From Leptospirales bacterium (lineage in GTDB: Bacteria > Spirochaetota > Leptospiria > Turneriellales > JAOUFE01): a DNA stretch of 31,461 bases. The notes below the pieces were generated by a model, which was given only the letters and a program-made list of their open reading frames with translations, was not told the origin of the DNA and made no database searches. Within the stretch, counting starts at the first letter, position 1, and every line of letters begins with the position of its first letter. A program made the translations under genes and the position numbers. Shown here in pieces: positions 24,962 through 31,461 of the stretch. The stretch covers positions 1 to 31,461 of the forward strand of contig JBEQLE010000049.1 of assembly GCA_040326155.1 (NCBI GenBank), in the 5' to 3' direction.

Positions 24962-26306
24962 TCTGGGTGGTATTCATCCGCCGGAGAATAAAAAATATTC
25001 CGAAGGCAAAGAGATCCGGAATATTTCCGTCCCCGAACAGGTGTCCATAAACCTTAACCAACACATTGGAAGAAAAGCCAAGGCCGTAGTCGAGAAAAAG
25101 CAAGAAGTTTCCGTAGGCGATATTTTAGGCGAAGCCGATGGTTTTATTTCTGCATTGGTTCACTCCCCCGTAAGCGGGACCGTCAAAAAAATTGAACAAA
25201 AAATGACCGCCGCAGGAATGGTTGAATCGACTCTTACAATTGACGTCGATGTCGAAAAAACAGCTGAAGATTCTAAAAAATACGAAATGAAAAAAGAGGT
25301 CGATATCGACCAGACTTCTAAAGAAGATCTTTTAAAAATGATACAAGATGCCGGTATCGTTGGACAAGGCGGAGCGACATTCCCTATGCATGTCAAACTT
25401 TCTCCCCCACCCGATAAGCAAGTTGATATTTTAATTCTAAACGGCGCCGAGTGTGAGCCCTATTTAACCGCCGACCACCAGTTGATGCTTGAAAAAACAG
25501 ATGAAATACTGCTGGGAGTGCGCGTAATACAAAAGGTTTCTAATGTAAAACAAGTACATATTGGAATCGAGGAAAATAAACCCGATGCTATAAAACTTTT
25601 TACAGAAAGGATATCTGCGACAGGAATTCAAAACTGTCAGGTCTCCGCTTTGAAAACCAAATATCCGCAAGGCGGCGAAAAACAACTGATTAACGCCATC
25701 ACCGGGCGCGAAGTACCTTCGGGTAAACTTCCGTTTGATGTAGGCGTTCTTGTACAAAACGTTGGAACCATTTTTGCCGTTTACGAAGCCGTCTTTTATG
25801 GAAAACCCGTAATCGACCGGGTGACCACAATTACCGGTTTTGTAAAAAAACCGGGGAATTTTCGAATTCGCATGGGTACCGCTTTTAGTCATGCCATTGA
25901 AGATGGCGCTGGAGGGTTTATTGACGAAGAACGAGTTCGTTCCGTAGTAAACGGCGGACCAATGATGGGTAAATCCATACGGCAGCTTGACGTCTCGGTT
26001 ATGAAAGGAACAAGCGGTATAGTCGCTTTATCGGACCACGAATTTGTATTTTCAGAAGAGGGTCCCTGTATTCGGTGTGGTCGCTGTATCGATATTTGCC
26101 CCATGGGTCTTATGCCGGTCAATCTCGCTGACGATACCATCCTTAAGAACGGAACCGAACTGCTCGACTCTATGGATTGCATCGAATGTGGAAGTTGTTC
26201 ATATGTTTGCCCCACCAGTCGCAAGCTGGTACACTGGATAAAAATAGGAAAAGGTGTTTACCGCACCTGGAAAGCAAAAGAAGAGAGTTATAAAACAGAC
26301 CAATGA
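24942..26306 (+). CDS. rnfC: Rnf complex subunit C
   Basis: GGIHPPENK, AGIVGQGGATFP, NGAECEPYLTADH, YPQGGEKQLI, GGPMMG and two CxxCxxCxxxCP motifs. Confidence 0.97.
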   Translation: MLKSTFNLGGIHPPENKKYSEGKEIRNISVPEQVSINLNQHIGRKAKAVVEKKQEVSVGDILGEADGFISALVHSPVSGTVKKIEQKMTAAGMVESTLTIDVDVEKTAEDSKKYEMKKEVDIDQTSKEDLLKMIQDAGIVGQGGATFPMHVKLSPPPDKQVDILILNGAECEPYLTADHQLMLEKTDEILLGVRVIQKVSNVKQVHIGIEENKPDAIKLFTERISATGIQNCQVSALKTKYPQGGEKQLINAITGREVPSGKLPFDVGVLVQNVGTIFAVYEAVFYGKPVIDRVTTITGFVKKPGNFRIRMGTAFSHAIEDGAGGFIDEERVRSVVNGGPMMGKSIRQLDVSVMKGTSGIVALSDHEFVFSEEGPCIRCGRCIDICPMGLMPVNLADDTILKNGTELLDSMDCIECGSCSYVCPTSRKLVHWIKIGKGVYRTWKAKEESYKTDQ

Positions 26307-27274
26307 GAGAATTAATACTAACATCGGCCCCGCATGTTCGGAGCGGTTCGCAATTAAAAAACATCATGTATGATGTTGCCTTGGCTCTACTGCCTGCCAC
26401 GGTCTGGAGCGTCTACAAATTTGGCATGCCCGCTTTAAACGTAATACTCTTTGCCCTTGCATCGGGTCTTGCCTTTGAGGCGCTTTCGCTGTATATGCAA
26501 CGAAAGAAAAATATACTCTCCATTACATTTGACGGAAGCGCCATAGTCACTGCTTTGTTGCTGGCTCTGAACCTGCCTTCCTCATCACCGGCATGGCTGG
26601 TTATTACTGGTAGTTTTGTAGCGATTGTAATTGCCAAGCATACATTTGGCGGTTTGGGGTATAATATTTTTAACCCCGCTCTGGTAGCCCGGGTTTTTCT
26701 ACTGATTTCATTTCCCGTACAAATGACAAAATGGCTGGCGCCAGGCAGTTTCGGCGTAGACGCAGAGACCATTGCAACGCCACTCGACCTCATTAAAACA
26801 GAGGGCGCCGCCGGAATTGAAAAAATCACCTCTGACTATACAACGCTCGACTTTTTTCTCGGAAACACCGGGGGAAGTATGGGTGAAGTTTCCGCTGCGA
26901 TGCTTTTACTTGGGGCGTTATACTTAATGGTTCGTAAGGTTATTACATGGGAAGTTCCCATTACTATATTGGCATCGCTGTTTGCCTTTACCGGTATTTT
27001 TTACCTTGTAAACGATGCAGAATATGCCAGTCCTGTATTGCACCTTTTATCGGGTGGGGCTATTCTAGGAGCCTTTTTCATGGCGACCGACATGGTGACC
27101 TCCCCCATGACCAGAAAAGGGATGATCATTTTCGGAGTCTCCATCGGAATTATCACCGGTTTAATTCGTCTGTTTGGCGGTTATCCCGAGGGAATTTCTT
27201 TTGCAATTATTATCATGAACGCCGTTGTACCTATTATCGATAAGTACACCAGAGTGAAAAAATTTGGAACATAA
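26303..27274 (+). CDS. rnfD: Rnf complex subunit D
   Basis: FGGLGYNIFNPAL, ATPL flavinylation site, GSMGEVS, FFMATDMVTSP, GGYPEG. Confidence 0.97.
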   Translation: MRELILTSAPHVRSGSQLKNIMYDVALALLPATVWSVYKFGMPALNVILFALASGLAFEALSLYMQRKKNILSITFDGSAIVTALLLALNLPSSSPAWLVITGSFVAIVIAKHTFGGLGYNIFNPALVARVFLLISFPVQMTKWLAPGSFGVDAETIATPLDLIKTEGAAGIEKITSDYTTLDFFLGNTGGSMGEVSAAMLLLGALYLMVRKVITWEVPITILASLFAFTGIFYLVNDAEYASPVLHLLSGGAILGAFFMATDMVTSPMTRKGMIIFGVSIGIITGLIRLFGGYPEGISFAIIIMNAVVPIIDKYTRVKKFGT

Positions 27275-27283
27275 GAGAACAAT

Positions 27284-27883
27284 ATGGCTGCACAAAAAAA
27301 AGATGTTTTAATACTGGTACTCATTGCCACATTTTCAGGCCTGCTGTTAAGCGGGACGTATATACTAACTAAAAAAGATATTGCCAAGGCTAAAATAGAG
27401 AAACAAAAAAAGGCTCTTAAAGCGGTAATGCCCTTTTTAGGAAATAACCCCTACGAGAAAATCGTATACAAATATCAGGAAAATACCATAAATATTTTCA
27501 CCGTCACGGAAAATGAAAATTTCCTGGGGGCTGCGCTGGAACTCAAAACTAAAAAAGGGTATAGCGGTTGGATTGTATTTTACCTGGGTGTTGACGCCGA
27601 TGGAAAAGTTACAGGGATGTATATTACTGAATCGAAAGAGACGCCGGGTCTTGGCGATAAAGCCAAAGATAAAAAATGGTGGGGTCAATTTGTCGGCAAA
27701 TCGAAAGAAGATTTTATTTTTAAAGTGGAAAAAGACAAAGGTGATGTTGTTTCAATTACAGCATCCACAATTACTTCGCGGGCGATAACAAATGCATCCG
27801 ATCAGGGTTTAGATCTATATAAAGATTTTCTCGCAAACGGCGCAAAAACAAACGTAGTGGAGGCGCAAGATGGTAAAAAATAA
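27284..27883 (+). CDS. rnfG: Rnf complex subunit G
   Basis: N-terminal TM, GYSG.I, ETPGLG and the ITASTITSRA FMN-binding segment. Confidence 0.95.
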   Translation: MAAQKKDVLILVLIATFSGLLLSGTYILTKKDIAKAKIEKQKKALKAVMPFLGNNPYEKIVYKYQENTINIFTVTENENFLGAALELKTKKGYSGWIVFYLGVDADGKVTGMYITESKETPGLGDKAKDKKWWGQFVGKSKEDFIFKVEKDKGDVVSITASTITSRAITNASDQGLDLYKDFLANGAKTNVVEAQDGKK

Positions 27884-28535
27884 CGAAAACGATAACGAAA
27901 AAACAAAAGCAAAAACAAAAGACAGAGATCCGCTACCGAAAATATACGCAGACGGGTTATGGAACAGTAACCCGGTTTTAATAATGCTTTTGGGGCTTTG
28001 TCCAGCGCTGGCTGTAACCAGTTCGGGCTTAAACGGTCTGGCCATGGGCGTCGCAACTATTTTCGTACTTGTAATGGCAAACCTGGCAGTCTCCATACTA
28101 CGCGGAATTATTCCCGCAAAAATGAGAATTCCATCTTTCATTGTTATTATTGCAACTTTTGTTACCGTGATCGACTTACTCATGGAAGCCTACGCCAACG
28201 ACCTGCACGGACAACTTGGTATCTTTATTCCGTTGATTGTGGTAAACTGTATTATTCTAGGGCGCGCCGAAGCTTTTGCCTACAAAAAATCGGTCTGGAA
28301 ATCTTTTAACGATGGTTTAGCCATGGGTGTCGGGTTTACATTAGCCCTGGTTGCTATGGGTGTCATTCGGGAAATTTTTGGGAATAATTCCGTTTTCGGA
28401 TACAATATTTTCGGTGAAGATTTTAATAATGTTTTATTTATGATATTACCCCCGGGGGCTTTCTTAACGCTCGGGTATTTACTTGCTCTGAGCCACTATA
28501 TTAACAACAAAAGGGCCGAACGTAAAAAGGCGTAA
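27870..28535 (+). CDS. rnfE: Rnf complex subunit E
   Basis: NPVLIMLLGLCPALAVT, LGIFIPLIVVNCIILGRAEAFA, LPPGAF. Confidence 0.97.
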   Translation: MVKNNENDNEKTKAKTKDRDPLPKIYADGLWNSNPVLIMLLGLCPALAVTSSGLNGLAMGVATIFVLVMANLAVSILRGIIPAKMRIPSFIVIIATFVTVIDLLMEAYANDLHGQLGIFIPLIVVNCIILGRAEAFAYKKSVWKSFNDGLAMGVGFTLALVAMGVIREIFGNNSVFGYNIFGEDFNNVLFMILPPGAFLTLGYLLALSHYINNKRAERKKA

Positions 28536-28545
28536 AGGATAGATT

Positions 28546-29136
28546 ATGGATAGTTTTATATATTTAATATTAATTTCAATTAACGCTATATTTGTCAGTA
28601 ATATCGTTTTTGCTCAATTTCTTGGCATCTGCCCTTACATGGGAGTTTCCAAAAAAATAGATACCGCGTTAGGTATGGGTATGGCGGTCGTTTTTGTAAT
28701 GACTTTATCAAACGCGATAACCTATATGATTCAGATCTTTATTTTAGAACCTTACGACATTGGCTTTTTAAAAACAATCTCTTTTATTCTCGTAATCGCC
28801 TCACTGGTTCAGTTTGTAGAAATCTTTATGAAAAAGAAGATGAACGTTCTTTACCAGTCACTGGGTATTTACCTGCCGTTAATTACAACAAATTGCGCTA
28901 TTCTCGGCGTGGCCTTGCTGGCAATTCAAAACGAGTATAATTTTATTCAGTCCATCGTATTTTCCATTTCCAGCGGAATTGGTTTTATTTTAGCTCTGGT
29001 TCTGTTTGCGGGTATTCGCGAACGTCTTGAGTATGCCCAGATGCCGGCTGCTCTAAAAGGAACCCCCGTTGCGCTTGTTTCTGCTGCCATCATCTCCCTT
29101 GCTTTTATGGGTTTTTCCGGTCTTGTAAAGCTGTAA
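28546..29136 (+). CDS. rnfA: Rnf complex subunit A
   Basis: [39 protein letters not shown]. Confidence 0.97.
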   Translation: MDSFIYLILISINAIFVSNIVFAQFLGICPYMGVSKKIDTALGMGMAVVFVMTLSNAITYMIQIFILEPYDIGFLKTISFILVIASLVQFVEIFMKKKMNVLYQSLGIYLPLITTNCAILGVALLAIQNEYNFIQSIVFSISSGIGFILALVLFAGIRERLEYAQMPAALKGTPVALVSAAIISLAFMGFSGLVKL

Positions 29137-29215
29137 GGATTATAGAGCCGACGGATGTTTCTTTTGTGAAGCTACAAAAATACAACGAAGCGAGCCTCAC
29201 AAAAAGGATTTTTTT

Positions 29216-30181
29216 GTGAAAATGAAGAAGCCAAAAATAATTCCCCTGCTCATAATAACAGGGCTAATTATATATTCACTGTTTTTCTATAAAACGCCCA
29301 CCCAGGGATGTACGTTTTATTCCATGGGCGGTATTAAAACCGAAATTAAAATATTTAATGAAAACCGATCGGTGGCGCGCGACGCCTGCGAGCTTGTAAA
29401 AGAACGGTATGAAGAACTCGAAAGCATGTTCAGCACCTACCGGGCAGGCAGTCTGGTTAGCAAAATAAATCGCGAAGCTTATAAACAACCGATAAAACTT
29501 TCAGACGAGGTTTATTATCTAATATCCAGATCACTTGCAATTAGCCTGGCTACGGAGGGGTATTTTGACATCGCTGTAAAACCACTTCTCGATATGTGGG
29601 CGCAGGCCGTAAAAGATAAGACACTTCCCTCCAGTTCAAAAATCAATCGCACAAATAAAATATCAAGATCAAAATATATTCAACTGGATGAAAACGCCCG
29701 GACAGTCTATTTTCTTAAACCCGGCATGCAAATTGATCTGGGTGCAATAGCCAAAGGGTATATGGCCGACGAGGCTAAAGAAATTCTGATCTCGGCTGGC
29801 ATTGAGCGGGGACTCATAAATTCAGGCGGCGACATCGTCGCTTTCGATGTTTCCGAAAATCCAGTGCCTTTTAAAATTGCCGTTTACAATCCGCATACCG
29901 GTAAAAGCGACGAGGTTATTTCCATAACGAACGGATCGATTGTCACATCGGGTAATTACAGCCGCTCATATTCCATTCAAGGTAAAGAATACTCACATAT
30001 ATTAAACCCTCATACGGGAACTCCTCGCGGGGGGTGCAAAAGTATAACTCTCAAGGCTTCGACGGGTTTGCTTGCCGACGCACTTGCAACAGCGTTATGC
30101 GCCGATCCAAATTATGTGATGGGTAAAAACTTACCGAAATTACCGGCCGGCGTAGAAGTTGTTTCCTACTTTAAAGATTAA
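29216..30181 (+). CDS. apbE: FAD:protein FMN transferase ApbE
   Basis: IDLGAIAKGYMAD, INSGGDI, VTSGNY, YSHILNPHTG, ADALATAL. The start is the GTG at 29216 or the ATG at 29222. Confidence 0.95.
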   Translation: MKMKKPKIIPLLIITGLIIYSLFFYKTPTQGCTFYSMGGIKTEIKIFNENRSVARDACELVKERYEELESMFSTYRAGSLVSKINREAYKQPIKLSDEVYYLISRSLAISLATEGYFDIAVKPLLDMWAQAVKDKTLPSSSKINRTNKISRSKYIQLDENARTVYFLKPGMQIDLGAIAKGYMADEAKEILISAGIERGLINSGGDIVAFDVSENPVPFKIAVYNPHTGKSDEVISITNGSIVTSGNYSRSYSIQGKEYSHILNPHTGTPRGGCKSITLKASTGLLADALATALCADPNYVMGKNLPKLPAGVEVVSYFKD

Positions 30182-30185
30182 ACTT

Positions 30186-31025
30186 TTATAGAGTTGCCGA
30201 GGTGTCTTCATAGGGTTCTTCTTTTGCGCCAAATTGTGTAATCAATTTTTTTGCAAAAGCAATATCGAGCGCATGCCCCCCTTTCGAACCTAAAAGATGA
30301 CCTAGAATCGGTCTTCCCACAAGCGAAAGATCGCCAATCATATCGAGAATTTTATGGTACAATGCCTCGTGAGTAAAACGGGGTTCGTTCAAAGTTCCCT
30401 CATTCGTAAAAACAAGAACGTTCTCCGTAGAGCCGCCCTGGGCAAGCCCCTTAGCGCGCAAATACTCTACCTCTTTTATAAAACCAAAAGTCCGAGCCCG
30501 CGAAATATGGTTTGTAAGAAACTCTTCGTCATAGGGAAAATCAATTTCAAGATTTTTCAGCATGGGATGGTCAAAATTAATACTATAGGATATACGAGAT
30601 TTTTCAGCTGGCAGACCCACAATATACCGATCACCGTCAGTAACCATAATCGGCTTTGTTATTTTAAGAGGCCGAATTTCCGTCGAAAACTCATGACATT
30701 CACAAGTCTGAAAAAATTCAATAAAAGGTTTAGCCGAACCATCCATAATAGGAATTTCAGTCGCCCCTTGAATTTCAATAATTAAATCGGTAATACCCAG
30801 TACATAAATAGCATACATCAAATGTTCAATCGTCTGTACATAGAAGTTGCCTTCTCCAAGAGTAACAGCAAGCGAAGTATCAATGACGTTTTCCACCGTA
30901 GCTGAAACATAACTTTTATTTTCCTTCGCGCGATTGTTATAAAAACGAATTCCAAAACCATCCTCAGCAGGATGAAAAATCATTTTCACTTTCTCACCCG
31001 AGTGAAGACCAATGCCTTCGAGCAT
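30186..31025 (-). CDS. lpxC: UDP-3-O-acyl-N-acetylglucosamine deacetylase; natural 5' end apparently missing
   Basis: GIGLHSG, TIEHL, EIPIMDGSA, ISRARTFGF, HKILDMIGDL, GGH. The frame stays open upstream of 31025 (NKSVQEFYFRKTIKESG-M) with the conserved RKT-type strand but no ATG/GTG/TTG. Confidence 0.95.
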   Translation of the reverse strand: MLEGIGLHSGEKVKMIFHPAEDGFGIRFYNNRAKENKSYVSATVENVIDTSLAVTLGEGNFYVQTIEHLMYAIYVLGITDLIIEIQGATEIPIMDGSAKPFIEFFQTCECHEFSTEIRPLKITKPIMVTDGDRYIVGLPAEKSRISYSINFDHPMLKNLEIDFPYDEEFLTNHISRARTFGFIKEVEYLRAKGLAQGGSTENVLVFTNEGTLNEPRFTHEALYHKILDMIGDLSLVGRPILGHLLGSKGGHALDIAFAKKLITQFGAKEEPYEDTSATL

Positions 31026-31077
31026 TCCACTCTCTTTAATCGTTTTGCGAAAATAAAATTCTTGAACCGATTTATTC

Positions 31078-31461
31078 TTATTTTTCTTTAATTTCTTCCC
31101 TTGCTCCGCAGGCAGTGCATTTTAAATAAATTTTTTTACTCTCTCTCTGAATTTGAGTATCTGGTTTATTACAAATATTACATAAAACATATAATTTCGT
31201 ATAGTTCTCGATTAGTCGATTCAAAATCACTTCTTTAAATTGAGATTTCATGAATAATTGTTGTCCTCTTTGCTCACCGAAGGTTCCTGCGTTCTTTAAG
31301 AAGAAACCCAAGAAATGATTCTTTTCCCGATTGAGCACGTTGATAATCTGGTTAAAATTAGTTATATATGTGTTCTTACTTTCTATACGGATCTTGACCG
31401 TGGGGATTACAAATCTGTTTTGCTGTATTGCATTATCTGGAATCTTCTCGTATGCTTTTTC
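31078..31461 (-). CDS. eif2b: Archaeal-type translation initiation factor 2 subunit beta (aIF2-beta), 5'-truncated by the window end
   Basis: The frame is open to the window edge: EKAYEKIPDNAIQQNRFVIPTVKIRIESKNTYITNFNQIINVLNREKNHFLGFFLKNAGTFG...YVLCNICNKPDTQI...LKCTACGAR. This is the eIF2B/eIF5 domain with a C4 zinc ribbon, in the short archaeal form. Confidence 0.92.
   Translation of the reverse strand, partial: EKAYEKIPDNAIQQNRFVIPTVKIRIESKNTYITNFNQIINVLNREKNHFLGFFLKNAGTFGEQRGQQLFMKSQFKEVILNRLIENYTKLYVLCNICNKPDTQIQRESKKIYLKCTACGAREEIKEK

Noticed and set aside
29160..29222. Rex operator between rnfA and apbE
   Set aside because: TTGTGAA half-sites occur but not in the TTGTGAA-N4-TTCACAA arrangement. 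They are better explained as two small hairpins.
374..30785. Numerous short antisense or overlapping ORFs in the ORF track
   Set aside because: They are shadows of well-supported genes with no recognisable motifs.
1..31461. CRISPR arrays, tRNA/rRNA genes, transposases
   Set aside because: I saw no regularly spaced repeats, no cloverleaf or rRNA signatures and no transposase motifs.

Overview
Mostly bacterial chromosomal DNA of roughly 40% GC. The gene style (lipoprotein NHL/LamG surface proteins, a 7TM-DISM kinase, lpxC) suggests a Leptospirales-like spirochaete, which is an inference. The left third is an accessory surface-protein locus with two tandem giant paralogous proteins (conserved N-terminus, NHL beta-propeller, 3-4 LamG-like domains). 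Each gene is followed by a copy of the same three-block structured non-coding element, and a vapBC pair follows the second copy. GC-rich LamG junction segments suggest modular domain shuffling. The middle holds housekeeping and accessory genes: CPBP protease, mgtE, rnhB, rplS, hypotheticals, a cytochrome c'-like protein, an aldo/keto reductase, a rhomboid-like protein, a macro domain protein, a PD-(D/E)XK nuclease split by two TM helices, an ORF6N pseudogene, YqeY, a CDF transporter and an orphan kinase. The right part is rseC-rnfBCDGEA-apbE and lpxC. The last ~385 bp encode an archaeal-type translation initiation factor aIF2-beta abutting an lpxC that lacks a proper start codon. This is most likely a chimeric assembly junction, otherwise an inter-domain transfer.
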